From Alphaproteobacteria bacterium (lineage in GTDB: Bacteria; Pseudomonadota; Alphaproteobacteria; GM7ARS4; G965262615): 64,000 nucleotides of DNA. Location: positions 768,001 through 832,000 of the forward strand of contig OZ253545.1 in the NCBI GenBank assembly GCA_965262615.1, written 5' to 3'. Both the position numbers and the translations under genes were made by a program. Positions 27,835 through 39,877 of the stretch are shown piece after piece. The notes beneath the pieces are model-generated. The model was not told where the DNA came from. It worked only from the letters and a program-made list of their open reading frames with translations, and did no database searches. Numbering within the stretch: the first letter of the stretch is position 1; the number at the start of each line of letters is the position of its first letter.

Positions 27835-28940
27835 GAGATGGATGTCTCCATCAATGACCTTGCTAGACGCTCAGTCATGCCCGCGATGTAGTCACAGATG
27901 ATTTGTGCACGCGCGTTTTCATCAACTGCTTTCATTCGTCCTTGCCAATGTTCAGGCAATTTTTTATCTCCCTTCATATAGAGAGAAAACAAATCGCGAA
28001 TTAAGTCTTTGCCTTGATTCATTTTGTCCAGGACGGGATTTGATAGATAGACCTTTTTTTTGAGAAAACCTTGCAACAGGTCAAGAGACTGCTGTGCCTC
28101 AGTAGAGAATTGCACCAGCTGATGGTGCTCGCAGTTGCGAACGGTGGTGTCACAGACATCGCTAATGAGGCGAGCAATCAGACGGCGAATGGTTTCATGC
28201 TGGCGGCGTTTTTGCGGCAGTGAGCCATAGAGGCGGGTGACCTCTTGGATAATATCATCAAGCAGAGGGATGAAGGTGAGATCATCCAGCTGAAAAAAAC
28301 CAAAGCGCAGGCTGTCATCAATATCGTGTCCGTTGTAGGCGATGTCATCGGCAGTGGCTGCCAGCTGTGCCTCCAATGAGGGTGAAGCTTTGAGGGGCAA
28401 GTCATACAGTGTGACATAGTGCATCATGCGGGTGTCATTCTCATCAACGGGATTGTGCTTGGCAATGCCGTCAATGGTTTCCCATGAGAGATTGAGTCCG
28501 TCAAACGAGGCGTAACGCTGTTCCAAGCTTGCCACGATATGAAGGGATTGGGTGTTGTGATGAAAGCCGCCATAGGGCACCATCACTTCTTGCAGAGCCT
28601 GTTCGCCTGCATGACCAAATGGAGGATGTCCCAAATCATGCGCCAATGCCACCGCTTCGGTCAATGGCACATTGAGTTCCAGACGCTGCGCCATTGCCGT
28701 GCTCACCTGTGCCACCTCCAGCGAATGAGTCAAACGGGTGCGATGGTGATCATTGCCTTCGTGAGGAATGAACACTTGCGTCTTATACTGCAAGCGGCGA
28801 AAGGCGGAACTGTGAATAATCCGATCGCGATCTCGTTGCCAGCACGAGCGATAGGAATCTTCATCTTCTGCATAGTGGCGTCCCTTGCTTTGCGTGACGG
28901 CAAGATGTTTTAAGGATGATTGATTGGGTACTTGCGTCAT
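27831..28940 (-). CDS. dgt: dGTP triphosphohydrolase (HD family)
   Basis: RDRDRIIHS.AFRRL..KTQV, RTRLTHSLEV, HDLGHPPFGH and DYIAGMT. Confidence 0.92.
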   Translation of the reverse strand: MTQVPNQSSLKHLAVTQSKGRHYAEDEDSYRSCWQRDRDRIIHSSAFRRLQYKTQVFIPHEGNDHHRTRLTHSLEVAQVSTAMAQRLELNVPLTEAVALAHDLGHPPFGHAGEQALQEVMVPYGGFHHNTQSLHIVASLEQRYASFDGLNLSWETIDGIAKHNPVDENDTRMMHYVTLYDLPLKASPSLEAQLAATADDIAYNGHDIDDSLRFGFFQLDDLTFIPLLDDIIQEVTRLYGSLPQKRRQHETIRRLIARLISDVCDTTVRNCEHHQLVQFSTEAQQSLDLLQGFLKKKVYLSNPVLDKMNQGKDLIRDLFSLYMKGDKKLPEHWQGRMKAVDENARAQIICDYIAGMTERLARSLMETSIS

Positions 28941-28978
28941 CGTGTTTACCTTTTTACATTACATGAAGGCGAAAGATA

Positions 28979-29320
28979 ATGAAAGAACCAGCTGTGACAT
29001 TGACTCATAATGCCATCAAACGCATCACCCATGTGGCTCAGCGTGAGGGTCGTGGTGCGGTGGTGTTGCGGATTAGTATTGAGGGGGGGGGCTGTCAGGG
29101 ATTCTCCTACCATTTTGCCTTTGAGGATGCTCCCGCTCAAGACGATTGCGTTTTTGATTACGGCGATGCCCGCCTCGTCATTGATGAAGTCTCGCTGCCA
29201 CTGATGCAAGGCGCGGTGGTGGATTTCATTGAAGATCTCATGGGAGCGCGCTTTCATATTGAAAATCCTCAAGCGTCCTCCTCGTGCGGTTGCGGCACTT
29301 CCTTTAGCATTGAGGAATGA
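28979..29320 (+). CDS. erpA: Fe-S cluster insertion protein (A-type carrier)
   Basis: GGGCQGFSY and NPQA.SSCGCGTSF. Confidence 0.9.
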   Translation: MKEPAVTLTHNAIKRITHVAQREGRGAVVLRISIEGGGCQGFSYHFAFEDAPAQDDCVFDYGDARLVIDEVSLPLMQGAVVDFIEDLMGARFHIENPQASSSCGCGTSFSIEE

Positions 29321-30117
29321 CACAAACCTTCACCATTGCCAGTTGGAATGTCAATTCGGTGCGGATGCGTGCGCCATTGGTGGAACGCTGGCTGCGAGAC
29401 CATGCGGTGGATGTCTTGTTGTTGCAGGAGCTCAAAGCTTTGGAGGAGCAGTGTCCTGTGTCGTTGTTTGAAGAGGCGGGATACAACAGTGCCATTTTTG
29501 GACAAAAAAGCTGGAACGGTGTGGCAATTTTGGCGCGTCAGCCTCTGGAAGATGTGCGCTTGGGATTGCATGATGACGGACGCACCCAAGAAGCTCGTTA
29601 TATTGAAGCGGTGACCCCCTTTGGTGACTCCATGATTCGCGTGGCATCCGTCTATGTGCCCAATGGCAATCCGATGGATGGCCCTTCCTTTGCCAAAAAG
29701 CGCACCTTCATGGCGGATTTGACTCATCGGTGGCAGCAGCTGGCATCCCTTGAGGAGGTGTGCGTGCTGGCAGGAGATTACAACATTCTCAATGATGAAC
29801 GCGACTGCTGGAATGACTTGGAAAAATGGCGCAATGACGCATTGGGAGCAGTGGAAGCACAGCAATGGTATCGTCAGTTATTGTATGGCGGTTTGACCGA
29901 TGCCTTGCGCCACTGTCATGACGAGGGAGGCTTGTATAGTTTTTGGAACTACAAGGGAGGCTCGGTGCAGAGCGACAGAGGCTTATTGATTGATCGCTTT
30001 TTGCTGTCGCCTCAGGCGACCGAGCATCTCAAGGATGTCACCATTGATAAAGACCCTCGCCATGCGGAAAAAGCCTCTGACCACACGGTGCTGGTGTGTC
30101 ATTTAGATATGCCTTGA
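29317..30117 (+). CDS. xth: Exodeoxyribonuclease III
   Basis: SWNVNS, LQELK, NGVAI, YVPNG, GDYN and ASDH. Confidence 0.93.
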   Translation: MTQTFTIASWNVNSVRMRAPLVERWLRDHAVDVLLLQELKALEEQCPVSLFEEAGYNSAIFGQKSWNGVAILARQPLEDVRLGLHDDGRTQEARYIEAVTPFGDSMIRVASVYVPNGNPMDGPSFAKKRTFMADLTHRWQQLASLEEVCVLAGDYNILNDERDCWNDLEKWRNDALGAVEAQQWYRQLLYGGLTDALRHCHDEGGLYSFWNYKGGSVQSDRGLLIDRFLLSPQATEHLKDVTIDKDPRHAEKASDHTVLVCHLDMP

Positions 30118-30124
30118 GGATGCT

Positions 30125-31273
30125 TTATATCAGTTTCAGTTTCAATTTCAAATATTCCATGCCGCGATCGCCTTTGATGCGATTACAATTGCCACAGAGC
30201 AATTGAAGGTTTTCAATGTGATCCGTGCCGCCTTTTTTTCGTGCGATGATATGATCCACTTCGAACTGGCGCAATTCAAAATGCTCATTGCACCCGGCAC
30301 AATTGCCAGCTTGTGCGCCATACAGTGTCTTGGCATGGCTGCGAGGCGGCGGCAGTTTTCCCATATCGGTGCGCTGCGGAATGTCGGTGCGATGAGCTCC
30401 TTTATAAAAGATCCCCACTTCCTTTTTCATGCGTTGTTTCACGAGCTCGGCGGCTTTGGGTGATATATCTATGCCGACCCATTGTCGCTCTTCCAGTTCG
30501 GCGGCAATGCAGGCGGTGGCACAGCCACAGAACGGATCAAGCACAAGATCGCCATTATTGCTACTGGCAGTGATGATGCGTTTCAGCAAGGCAAGAGGCT
30601 TTTGTGTCGGATATCCCGTGCGTTCTTTAGCTTGAGTATTGATAGATGGTATATCCTCCCACCAATCACGAGGCAGACGACCACTCTCATCATCTTTCCA
30701 GCCACTTTTCTCGCCAAAGACCAGAATCTTTTTTTGATTGAAGACAAAATTGGCACTTTTACAATATCTAAAAATGATATCATGTTTTCGTTTGAAGTCT
30801 CCTTTGGTATTGCTCCCACCCCATTTATAGCACCAAACAATCTCATTCCTAAAATTTTTACGACCGAATATGGCATCCATGAGCAATTTGAGGTAGTGGG
30901 ACATGGTGGGGTCACAGTGCAGATAAATGCTTCCTGTTGGTTTCAATACCCGATGCATCTCCAACAAGCGCGCCGCCATGTATACGAGATAGGATTTGTC
31001 ATTGGATGTCATTGTTGCCAGCAATACACGATAGAGGGCTGGATGTTTCGCCTCAATGAGGTTAATCCACTCAACATCAATATCACTGAGAGCCCATGTA
31101 TCTTTAAATTCCGCGCCCGCCGCCTCCGACCCTATGGGAGCGGCATAGTTGGCATTTGAGTTGAATGGTGGGTCTAGGTAAATGAGGTCAACGCATTCAG
31201 AGTTCATGCCTCGCAGGATGAACAGATTATCGGATGTCCATATGGTTTGGCTGGCGAAATTTGGCTCGTTCAT
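30125..31273 (-). CDS. Beta-class N6A/N4C DNA methyltransferase fused to a C-terminal HNH endonuclease
   Basis: YLDPPFNS (motif IV), YPTQKP and VLDPFCGC (motif I), then CAGC...DHI...GG.D...[10 protein letters not shown]. Confidence 0.88.
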   Translation of the reverse strand: MNEPNFASQTIWTSDNLFILRGMNSECVDLIYLDPPFNSNANYAAPIGSEAAGAEFKDTWALSDIDVEWINLIEAKHPALYRVLLATMTSNDKSYLVYMAARLLEMHRVLKPTGSIYLHCDPTMSHYLKLLMDAIFGRKNFRNEIVWCYKWGGSNTKGDFKRKHDIIFRYCKSANFVFNQKKILVFGEKSGWKDDESGRLPRDWWEDIPSINTQAKERTGYPTQKPLALLKRIITASSNNGDLVLDPFCGCATACIAAELEERQWVGIDISPKAAELVKQRMKKEVGIFYKGAHRTDIPQRTDMGKLPPPRSHAKTLYGAQAGNCAGCNEHFELRQFEVDHIIARKKGGTDHIENLQLLCGNCNRIKGDRGMEYLKLKLKLI

Positions 31274-33105
31274 AGCAGTTGGCGCACTGCCCCATTGGAA
31301 GCCGATGTTGTGAGGGCGGCGTAGGCTTTGAGAGCTTGGCTCACTTTGCGAGGACGGGGTTTGGCGGGTTGCCAGCCGCCGTCTTTGGAAGCGTCCATTT
31401 TTTTGCGCCGTTGCTTGAGTTCTTCATCGCTGATGTCCAGCCGAATGGTGCGCTTGGGTATGTCAATGATGATGGTGTCGCCTTGTTCCACCAGAGCGAG
31501 CGCGCCGCCTTCGGCGGCTTCGGGGGAAATGTGTCCGATGGAAAGACCCGATGTGCCGCCCGAAAAGCGTCCATCGGTGATGAGGGCGCAGTCCTTGCCC
31601 AGATCTTTGGCTTTGAGATAAGAGGTGGGATAGAGCATTTCTTGCATGCCGGGTCCGCCTTTGGGTCCCTCATAGCGAATGACAAGAACCTCCCCAGCCC
31701 GCACATCATCATTCAGGATGGCTTCCACCGCATCCTCTTGGCTTTCAAAAATATGTGCGGGCCCACGAAATGTCAGCAGTGATTCATCCACGCCAGCGGT
31801 TTTGACAATGCAGCCATCGGTAGCAATGTTGCCAGTGAGAACCGCCAGACCGCCATCCTTGCTGTAGGCGTGTTCAATGGAGCGAATACAGCCAAGGGCG
31901 CGATTATCATCAAGACTGTTGTAGTAGGTGTTTTGACTAAATGCCGTCTGCGTGGGCACGCCGCCAGGGGCAGCCAGATAAAACTGACGCACATCATCGC
32001 AGCCATTGGTGATGTCATGGGCGTCCGCCAGCGAGCCGATGGATTGTTCCATGACGGTGGGGCAGTCTTCATGCAGCAGTTTGGCTTTTTTGAGTTCCCC
32101 CAGAACCGCCATGACACCGCCGGCGCGATGAAAATCCTCCATATGAAAATGGGAGCTGGGGGCGATTTTACACACATTGGGAATTGTGCGTGACAGGCGG
32201 TCAATGTCGTTCATGCCAAATGAAATGTCACCCTCCCGTGCGGCAGCCAGCAGATGCAGCACCGTGTTGGTAGAGCCCCCCATAGCGATATCCACCGCCA
32301 TGGCGTTTTCAAAAGAAGGGAAGGCGGCAATGCGGCGCGGCAGGACAGAATCATCATCGTGTTCATAGTAGCGTTTGGTGAGAGCCACGATGCGCCGCCC
32401 TGCGTCCTTGAACAATTGCCCTCGCTTGTGATGGGTGGCGAGCAGACTGCCATTGCCGGGCTGCGCCAATCCGATGGCTTCGGTCAGACAATTCATGGAA
32501 TTGGCGGTGAACATGCCGGAACACGAACCACATGTGGGACACGCACTGCGCTCATACCGCAGTGATTCATCATCACTGACATTGGGATTGGCACTCTGAA
32601 CCATGGCATCAATGAGGTCAATGCTGCGCTCCTTGCCATTGGTTTCAATTTTGCCGGCTTCCATGGGACCGCCCGAGACAAAAATGGTGGGAATGTTGAG
32701 CCGCATCGCCGCCATCAGCATGCCGGGGGTGATTTTGTCACAATTGGAGATGCACACCAGTCCATCGGCACAGTGGGCATTTGCCATGAATTCCACCGCA
32801 TCGGCGATAATTTCGCGCGAAGGGAGAGAATACAGCATACCGTCATGCCCCATGGCAATGCCGTCATCCACGGCGATGGTGTTGAATTCTCGCCCGATGC
32901 CGCCCGCCTCATAGATGGCATCCGCCACCAAGCCGCCCAAGTCTTTGAGATGCACATGCCCGGGCACAAATTGCGTAAAACTATTGGCGATGGCGATGAT
33001 GGGCTTGCCGAAATCATCATCGCTCATGCCGGTGGCGCGCCACAATCCTCGCGCGCCTGCCATGGTGCGTCCGTGGGTTGAGGTGCGTGAGCGATAGACT
33101 CCCAT
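31270..33105 (-). CDS. ilvD: Dihydroxy-acid dehydratase
   Basis: [29 protein letters not shown] and ITDGRFSG. Confidence 0.97.
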   Translation of the reverse strand: MGVYRSRTSTHGRTMAGARGLWRATGMSDDDFGKPIIAIANSFTQFVPGHVHLKDLGGLVADAIYEAGGIGREFNTIAVDDGIAMGHDGMLYSLPSREIIADAVEFMANAHCADGLVCISNCDKITPGMLMAAMRLNIPTIFVSGGPMEAGKIETNGKERSIDLIDAMVQSANPNVSDDESLRYERSACPTCGSCSGMFTANSMNCLTEAIGLAQPGNGSLLATHHKRGQLFKDAGRRIVALTKRYYEHDDDSVLPRRIAAFPSFENAMAVDIAMGGSTNTVLHLLAAAREGDISFGMNDIDRLSRTIPNVCKIAPSSHFHMEDFHRAGGVMAVLGELKKAKLLHEDCPTVMEQSIGSLADAHDITNGCDDVRQFYLAAPGGVPTQTAFSQNTYYNSLDDNRALGCIRSIEHAYSKDGGLAVLTGNIATDGCIVKTAGVDESLLTFRGPAHIFESQEDAVEAILNDDVRAGEVLVIRYEGPKGGPGMQEMLYPTSYLKAKDLGKDCALITDGRFSGGTSGLSIGHISPEAAEGGALALVEQGDTIIIDIPKRTIRLDISDEELKQRRKKMDASKDGGWQPAKPRPRKVSQALKAYAALTTSASNGAVRQLL

Positions 33106-33125
33106 GACTAATGATTGTTGCAATC

Positions 33126-35744
33126 TCAGGCTGAACTGTCAAGCAATGAGGCAAGGGTGGATTCGTTGGCATCACAAGCCTCAAGGCGAGTTTTGTGCTG
33201 TGCAATCACATCTTCCGAGGCGCGCGTGATGAAGGCTTCATTGGCGAGTTTTTTTTGCAGTTGGGCGCGTTCTTTTTGCACCTCCGTCAGGTTCTTTTGC
33301 AATGTTGTCATGACGGCATTGCTTCGCAGTGCGTGAGGCAAAACCAGTGTGGCGTGATTGTGCTGCGTGCGAATGGTCACACGCCAATCGTCATCCTTGC
33401 CGTTTTCACGCAAGGGATTCAGGCGCGCCAGACGGCACAACGCCTCCTCATACCGATGACACAATTCGTGCCAATGGGAGGATGGCTCTATTGTCAGATG
33501 CCACAAATCATTGGGTTTGACATTCATCAAAGAGCGCATGGTGCGAATACGACCAATGAGATGGATGAACTCATTCACCCCAATGTCAATCTTCTCATGA
33601 GGTGGCAGTGTGACGGGTTCTGGAAATGATTGCGTCACCAGCAACCCCTCATCGTCACTGGCATGATGCCACAATTCCGCACTGACAAATGGCATAAACG
33701 GATGCATCAGACGCAGCAAACAGTGCAAAACATATCCCGTCACATGGCGCGTCTCATGGCTGTGCTGAGCGCGTAGAAGCGGTTTTGCCAGTTCCACATA
33801 CCAGTCGCAAAAATCATCACGGGTGAGATGGAGCAGATGATGGGTTGCCATGTCAAAGCGTCCGTTTTCAATGGCGTGGGTGATGGCGCGGGTGGCATCA
33901 TTGAGACGGCTCACCATCCACAAATTGAGAGGCTCTTGAAGGGTTTCATTGCGCCACGGCTCGGCGCGACATTCATTCATCAGGCAAAAACGGGTGACAT
34001 TCCACAGCTTGGTGGCAAAGTGACGATAGCCCTTCAGGCGCGCCTCATCCATGCGAATGTCTCGCCCCGGTGTGGTGAGTGCGGCAAGCGTAAAGCGAAG
34101 CGAGTCTGCTCCGTAGTCATCCACCAGCTGCAACGGGTCAATCACATTGCCTTTGGATTTGGACATTTTTTGCCCTTTGGCATCGCGCACCAGCGCATGA
34201 ACATAGACTTTGCGAAAAGGAATCGTGTCGGTCAATTCCAGTGACATCATCATCATGCGGGCGACCCAAAAAAAGATAATATCAAATCCCGTCACCAAGA
34301 CGGAGGTGGGATAGTACTGTTTCATGTCATCGCTGTCATTGGGCCATCCCAAAGTGGAGAAGGGCCACAGGGAGGAAGAAAACCATGTGTCCAGCACATC
34401 GGAATCTTGGGTGAGGGTGACAGGCGCGCTGTGGTGTTGTTGTGCTTTTTGCCTCGCTTCTTCCTCGCTCATGGCAACAAAAATGTGTCCTTGTTCATCG
34501 TACCATGCGGGGATGCGGTGTCCCCACCAGATTTGGCGCGAGATGCACCACGGCTGAATGTCGGCGAGCCATTGTTGATAGGTCTTGTTCCACTTGTCGG
34601 GAATGAAGATGGTGTCGCCTTTTTGCATGGCTTCGCTGGCGCGCTGTGCCATTTTTTTGGTGTCCACGAACCATTGGGAAGTGAGGTGCGGCTCAATGAT
34701 CGCTCCAGAGCGATCGCCATGAGGCGTGGGGATGAGGCTCTCTTCTTCTTTGAGCAGTAGATTTTGTTGTGCCAACTCTTTGAGGATGAGGGCGCGCGCC
34801 GCAAAGCGATCCATGCCGCGCCATCGCTCGGGGACTTCATCATTGTAGCGGGCGTGTCCATCAAAGACCGACGGCATGGGCAAGTTATGACGCTCCCCGA
34901 CGGCAAAGTCATTGAAGTCATGAGCGGGCGTGATTTTCACCGCGCCTGAGCCTTTTGTCGGGTCGGCATGGGAATCGGCAATGATGGGGAGAGTGCGATC
35001 AAAAAGCGGCAGACGGCACTCCTTGCCGATGAGAGGTCGGTAGCGTTCATCATCGGGATGCACCGCAACGGCACTGTCACCCGCCATGGTCTCAGGACGG
35101 GTGGTGGCAATGACAATAGAGCCGCCGCCAATCAACGGGTAGCTGATATGCCACAAATGACCCTTCACATCGCGCGTCTCCACCTCCAAATCGGAAATGG
35201 CGGTCGCCAGCACAGGGTCCCAATTGACAAGACGCAAGCCTCTATAAATGAGACCTTTGTGATAGAGCCGAACAAATGCTGTGCGAACGGCGTGAGAGAG
35301 TCCGTCATCCAGCGTGAAGCGGGCGCGCTCCCACGCAGCGGATGCACCCAGTCGTTGCAATTGATTGACGATATGATGCCCCGACTCTTCTTTCCACTGC
35401 CAGACGCGCTTCAAAAATGCCTCTCTGCCCATGCTGTGGCGGTCTTTGTTCTCGGTCTCCAATTGACGCTCCACCAGAGCTTGTGTGGCAATGCCGGCGT
35501 GGTCGGTGCCGGGCTGCCAGAGGGTTTTGCAGCCTCCCATGCGATGATAACGCACCAAAATATCTTGCAAGGTGGTGTTGAGGGCATGACCCATGTGCAG
35601 CCTGCCGGTCACATTGGGCGGCGGCATCATGATACAAAACGCTTCGCCATCGCCCGTGGCGGCAAAGGCGTTGTGACTCATCTCTTGGGAAAAATGATCG
35701 TGTTCAAAGCGGGAGGGATCAAAATTCTTTGGAAGCGTTGTCAT
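33126..35744 (-). CDS. valS: Valine--tRNA ligase
   Basis: [24 protein letters not shown] and KMSKS. Confidence 0.97.
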   Translation of the reverse strand: MTTLPKNFDPSRFEHDHFSQEMSHNAFAATGDGEAFCIMMPPPNVTGRLHMGHALNTTLQDILVRYHRMGGCKTLWQPGTDHAGIATQALVERQLETENKDRHSMGREAFLKRVWQWKEESGHHIVNQLQRLGASAAWERARFTLDDGLSHAVRTAFVRLYHKGLIYRGLRLVNWDPVLATAISDLEVETRDVKGHLWHISYPLIGGGSIVIATTRPETMAGDSAVAVHPDDERYRPLIGKECRLPLFDRTLPIIADSHADPTKGSGAVKITPAHDFNDFAVGERHNLPMPSVFDGHARYNDEVPERWRGMDRFAARALILKELAQQNLLLKEEESLIPTPHGDRSGAIIEPHLTSQWFVDTKKMAQRASEAMQKGDTIFIPDKWNKTYQQWLADIQPWCISRQIWWGHRIPAWYDEQGHIFVAMSEEEARQKAQQHHSAPVTLTQDSDVLDTWFSSSLWPFSTLGWPNDSDDMKQYYPTSVLVTGFDIIFFWVARMMMMSLELTDTIPFRKVYVHALVRDAKGQKMSKSKGNVIDPLQLVDDYGADSLRFTLAALTTPGRDIRMDEARLKGYRHFATKLWNVTRFCLMNECRAEPWRNETLQEPLNLWMVSRLNDATRAITHAIENGRFDMATHHLLHLTRDDFCDWYVELAKPLLRAQHSHETRHVTGYVLHCLLRLMHPFMPFVSAELWHHASDDEGLLVTQSFPEPVTLPPHEKIDIGVNEFIHLIGRIRTMRSLMNVKPNDLWHLTIEPSSHWHELCHRYEEALCRLARLNPLRENGKDDDWRVTIRTQHNHATLVLPHALRSNAVMTTLQKNLTEVQKERAQLQKKLANEAFITRASEDVIAQHKTRLEACDANESTLASLLDSSA

Positions 35745-36588
35745 GATTTGTTTTTTTCTTCAGTGCTTGATCAACCGCTTGCTCCACTAATTGGGGCATG
35801 TGTGCCTCCAGCCATTCTTTGGCTTTGAGCTCAATGACATCATCTATTTTTTCTTCTTTGGTGAAGATATGACTGATTTTGCCCTTCAATTGATTCATGA
35901 CAGACGCCTTGACAGATGCCTCATGAGAAACGCCGCCGCTATCCGCCGTGCCAATGAGAGGCAGGCTGATAATGGTGCCGTTGTCATCAATCATGTCGGT
36001 GAGCTCAAGGCACGGAGTGGTCTCGGTGATGGTGTTTTGCGGCGCAGCAGGGAGCTCTTTAACACTTTCTTTGGTGACGGGCTTTTTGAAAACGGCGACA
36101 TCTTCTTGTGGGGGAGGCTCTTCAGCTTTTTTCATGACCGGAGGCGAGAGGATTTTTTCTGTGGGAAATTCACTGGGCGTGTCGGCTTTCACCTCGCTGG
36201 AAGGTTCACTGGGCGGCGTATCGGTTTTCACTGTGCTGAAAAGTTGATTGGGCGGCGTGTCTGTTTTACCGCCGCGAAAAACCGCCGCTTGCGGTGAGGC
36301 AGAAAATTTTTTCCTGGTCAGAGAACGAGCAGGAGCTGATGGCGAAGGGGGCTCAGCAGGTTTTGCAGCAACAGGGGCAGCAGGCGGCGCGGGTGCGGCA
36401 GGAGGCGGCGGCGGTGAAACAGGAGGCGCAGTCTCCACAGGGGGTGCAGTCTCCACAGGGGGTGGTTGAGAGGCAGAGGGCGGCACAGAAGCGTCATCAT
36501 TTTGATCAATGATGCGACTGACCGCACGCAAAATATCTTCGGTGGATTCAAAGCGATCAATTTTGGATGTTTGATTGGAATCGTCCAT
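35719..36588 (-). CDS. popZ: Polar organizing protein Z-like (DUF2497)
   Basis: N-terminal helix EDILRAVSRII, Pro/Glu-rich linker and C-terminal KEWLEAHMPQLVEQAV; canonical tolC-popZ-valS position. Confidence 0.72.
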   Translation of the reverse strand: MDDSNQTSKIDRFESTEDILRAVSRIIDQNDDASVPPSASQPPPVETAPPVETAPPVSPPPPPAAPAPPAAPVAAKPAEPPSPSAPARSLTRKKFSASPQAAVFRGGKTDTPPNQLFSTVKTDTPPSEPSSEVKADTPSEFPTEKILSPPVMKKAEEPPPQEDVAVFKKPVTKESVKELPAAPQNTITETTPCLELTDMIDDNGTIISLPLIGTADSGGVSHEASVKASVMNQLKGKISHIFTKEEKIDDVIELKAKEWLEAHMPQLVEQAVDQALKKKTNHDNASKEF

Positions 36589-36626
36589 GCTCAGTGCTCT
36601 TGAAGGTGTTCTTTGGTGGTTTCAAT

Positions 36627-37910
36627 TTAGTCTTTTGCGCGTGGAATGGCAAGAGTTTGTGGTGTGAGCGCGCCGACCGCTTGCAACAGGCGGTAATGAT
36701 AGAGGGCACGGTCGCGTTTGCTACGCACCAAATCGCTTTGCGATTGAAACAGCTCTTGTTCGGCATTGAGAACATCCAGCACATCTCTTTGTCCCAGTTC
36801 TTCTTCGCTTTGCACCCCATCCAGAGCGAGGCGATTGGCTTTGACCTGATTGCGCAATGCCCGCACACGAGCCGATGAGGCTTGCCACTGATGCCATGCG
36901 GTGGTGGCTTCCTGTTTGATGCGCTCTTTGGCATTGTGATAGAGATACTCTTTGCTACGGCGCAGGCTGCGTTTTTCGTCAATGGTGGCGTAATCGCTGG
37001 CACTGAAAATGTTCATCCGCAGGCGAGCGGTGGCAGTGAGAGAGTCACTGCGGCTGCCCTTGTTGAACGAATCAAACTGACGACCCACACTGCCTTCCAA
37101 TTCAAATGACGGCAGCAACGCAGCAAATGATTCACTCACTTCTTCGCGAGCCGCCTGCCACTCATGACGATGCTTGCGAATGGTGGGATGAGATTGAGCG
37201 CGCGTCAACGCGTCTCCGAGCGATGAAGGGGCTTGTCCGATGAGGGGGGGCTCTTGATCGGCAGGGTTTGTGTCATCAAGCTGCGTGACCTGAATAAAGC
37301 GAGCCCGTGTTGCGGCTAAAGTTGCTTGCGCAGCAGCCGTGGTGGCGCGTGCCGATGCCAGACGCGCCTCAGACTGAGAGACATCCGTCTGCGTGCTGTC
37401 GCCCAGCTCATATCGCTGTGTGACTTCATCTTTTTCCCGTGTGAGCAATTGTTCGTTGTGGCGCGCCAGTTTGACCAGTTCTTGGTCTTGCACAAGATTG
37501 AGATAGGCGGTGATGGCTTCCAGCAGAATTTCTTGCATGACCTCAAGGGTTTGAGCGATTTGTGCTTCTTGATTTTCTTCGGCTTTGCGAATGCGAGCGA
37601 TTTTCGCACCCCCTTCAAAAATAGGTTGGGTAACGCTGATGGATGCGGCGCGTGGGTTTCTGTTTTCATCGGCACTGAAGAAAGCGGTTTTGCTCTCCAC
37701 TTTGGATGTTCCCACACTGGCTTGAGCCGACACGGTGGGCAAGTATGCCAGATACTGCCGCCAGACTCGTGACGATGCGGCATCACGCTCCTCCCGCATC
37801 GCCAGCAGGCGCGGATGATTAAAATAAGCGGACGCAAAACTTTCTTGAAAGCCAACCCCGTGACTATCAGAAATCCATGCCAGTGCGACAATAAAAGCGA
37901 GAATTTTCAT
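36627..37910 (-). CDS. tolC: TolC family outer membrane channel
   Basis: Signal peptide, QPIFEGG, TDVSQSEARL and G.RDVLDVLNAEQEL. Confidence 0.9.
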   Translation of the reverse strand: MKILAFIVALAWISDSHGVGFQESFASAYFNHPRLLAMREERDAASSRVWRQYLAYLPTVSAQASVGTSKVESKTAFFSADENRNPRAASISVTQPIFEGGAKIARIRKAEENQEAQIAQTLEVMQEILLEAITAYLNLVQDQELVKLARHNEQLLTREKDEVTQRYELGDSTQTDVSQSEARLASARATTAAAQATLAATRARFIQVTQLDDTNPADQEPPLIGQAPSSLGDALTRAQSHPTIRKHRHEWQAAREEVSESFAALLPSFELEGSVGRQFDSFNKGSRSDSLTATARLRMNIFSASDYATIDEKRSLRRSKEYLYHNAKERIKQEATTAWHQWQASSARVRALRNQVKANRLALDGVQSEEELGQRDVLDVLNAEQELFQSQSDLVRSKRDRALYHYRLLQAVGALTPQTLAIPRAKD

Positions 37911-38569
37911 GAAACAAAAGCAAATGAGGACGATGTGTGCGCCATTGCCAAAGGAGGGGAATCCAGATTGCTCGCCACCATCACCGCACCGCCTCGGGCG
38001 CGGTGGCGCATCATGGAACAGCTGATGCCATCGTTCACCAGCACCATCAGCACCCCCCGTGATGTCAATTGTTGGGTGAGGTGGCGCATGGACACCCCCT
38101 CATCCACAAAGCCCGCCAACACAATGATGTCATAGGGCGCATGAGGAAGGCAGCCGCTCAGTAAATGACCTTGATGAAAATGAATGTGCTCATCGCCGTG
38201 TGTTTGCTGCTTCAGATGCTCAATATCTGCATCCAGCAGCGTGACACTGAGATTTAATTGACGCGCAATGGCTGTGCCATATAAAGAAGGCTCACCAATA
38301 ATCAGGATGTTGCGGGCATCGGGCACTGCCAGCAATGCCTCTTGCATCAGGCGGGCAAATGTCAAAACTTTGAGCAGGCAACGCTCCGCCGTGATGGGTA
38401 TATTCCGATCGCTATAGGCGATGGCTTGTTGTTTCAGAGGCAGATAGCGTTCTCGCTGCACGCTGGCGATGGCTTCCAGCAGTCGGTCATGAAAAATCCC
38501 TTGCGGACGCAGCTGTCCGTCAATCATTGTGCGCCTTTGCCCGTCACGATTTTTGTCAAAGCGATCCAT
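37907..38569 (-). CDS. pcm: Protein-L-isoaspartate O-methyltransferase family
   Basis: MIDGQLRP, VQRE.Y.P, AYSD and APYDII; pcm-tolC synteny. The SAM motif looks divergent. Confidence 0.8.
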   Translation of the reverse strand: MDRFDKNRDGQRRTMIDGQLRPQGIFHDRLLEAIASVQRERYLPLKQQAIAYSDRNIPITAERCLLKVLTFARLMQEALLAVPDARNILIIGEPSLYGTAIARQLNLSVTLLDADIEHLKQQTHGDEHIHFHQGHLLSGCLPHAPYDIIVLAGFVDEGVSMRHLTQQLTSRGVLMVLVNDGISCSMMRHRARGGAVMVASNLDSPPLAMAHTSSSFAFVS

Positions 38570-38623
38570 TCTTTTTTGTCAAATCACTATTGTATGCTAT
38601 AAAGAGTCGTTGGATAACACAAG

Positions 38624-39877
38624 ATGAATAAAACAGAAAATCAAGAGACTCTGGTGCTGGCGCGCCGCTATCGTCCTGCTCGCTTCACCGATGTGATTGG
38701 ACAGGATGTCTCCGCTCGCATTTTGATGAACAGCTGTGAGACGGGACGAGTGGCTCATGCCTTTTTATTGAGTGGCATCAGGGGCACAGGCAAGACAACG
38801 CTGGCGCGCATCATGGCACTCGCGCTCAATTGTCAGGAGACCGACCGACCCAATCCTCATCCGTGTGGCACATGTGATTCGTGTCGCGCCATTCTGGAAG
38901 GACGCGCCGTGGATGTGATTGAACTGGACGCCGCCAGTCATACCGGTGTGGATCACATGCGCGATCTGCTGGACAGGCTTTCCTATGGCGCGGTGGCGGC
39001 ACGCACCAAGGTGTATATTTTGGATGAAGCTCACATGTTGAGCAAGGGGGCGGTCAATGCATTGTTGAAAACATTGGAAGAGCCACCGTCTGGCGTGGTT
39101 TTTATTCTTGCCACCACCGAATTGGATCGCATTCCTGCCACCATTCGCTCTCGCTGTCAGCATCATGTTTTGCGCCGTGTGTCTCATGGAACTTTGCAAA
39201 AGCATTTTTTGCACATTGCTAGCCAAGAAAATCTCACCTTGCATGAAGATGCCGCCGCCTTGCTGGCGATGCTGGCGGAGGGGTCGGTGCGCGATGGTCT
39301 CTCCTTACTGGATACGGCGATTGCCGCAAGTGACAAGGGAGTCATCACCGCCGCCATCGTCCGAGACATGGTGGGAATGGCACAGCAGACGCAAACGCAG
39401 CAATTGCTGGATCATATTCTTGCCGCCAACACTAGCGACGCCCTCACCCATGCGCGCGCCCTCTATCAAGAGGGCTCCGAGCCCGAACAATTGGCGCGTG
39501 AGCTGTTGCGATTGTGTCATGAATCATTGGTGCATCATGTGATGGAACAACAGACACCAGATGATGCCTTGCTGGTGCGTTACAGTCGTTTGTGGCAAAT
39601 TCTTTTGCACAATTATGAGGACATCACGCACGCTCCTCATCCGATGGCAACACTGGAGATGGGCATTGTGCGGGCGACTCATGCACTCAATGTGGCAGGC
39701 ATGGATGATATGGTGAGACATGTGGCACAGCAATTGCGACATGGTGCGCCGTCACCGCCGCCCCATGCCCCAAAAAAAGATACCACCGCACCTCAAGCCT
39801 TATCCACTGATGAGGCATCTCTCACTGAGGCGGCATTGACACTTTTTCCTGATGCCACCGTTGAGCCCTCGTCCTGA
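38624..39877 (+). CDS. dnaX: DNA polymerase III subunit gamma/tau
   Basis: LARRYRP, GTGKTT, DAAS, DEAHMLS, LLKTLEEPP and SRC. Confidence 0.95.
   Translation: MNKTENQETLVLARRYRPARFTDVIGQDVSARILMNSCETGRVAHAFLLSGIRGTGKTTLARIMALALNCQETDRPNPHPCGTCDSCRAILEGRAVDVIELDAASHTGVDHMRDLLDRLSYGAVAARTKVYILDEAHMLSKGAVNALLKTLEEPPSGVVFILATTELDRIPATIRSRCQHHVLRRVSHGTLQKHFLHIASQENLTLHEDAAALLAMLAEGSVRDGLSLLDTAIAASDKGVITAAIVRDMVGMAQQTQTQQLLDHILAANTSDALTHARALYQEGSEPEQLARELLRLCHESLVHHVMEQQTPDDALLVRYSRLWQILLHNYEDITHAPHPMATLEMGIVRATHALNVAGMDDMVRHVAQQLRHGAPSPPPHAPKKDTTAPQALSTDEASLTEAALTLFPDATVEPSS

Noticed and set aside
27831-28940. dGTPase as an antiphage nucleotide-depletion gene
   Set aside because: It sits in the conserved alphaproteobacterial erpA/dgt-argS housekeeping context.
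36428-36463. 18-bp tandem repeat in the popZ-like gene
   Set aside because: In-frame low-complexity linker repeat (PPVETA), expected in PopZ.
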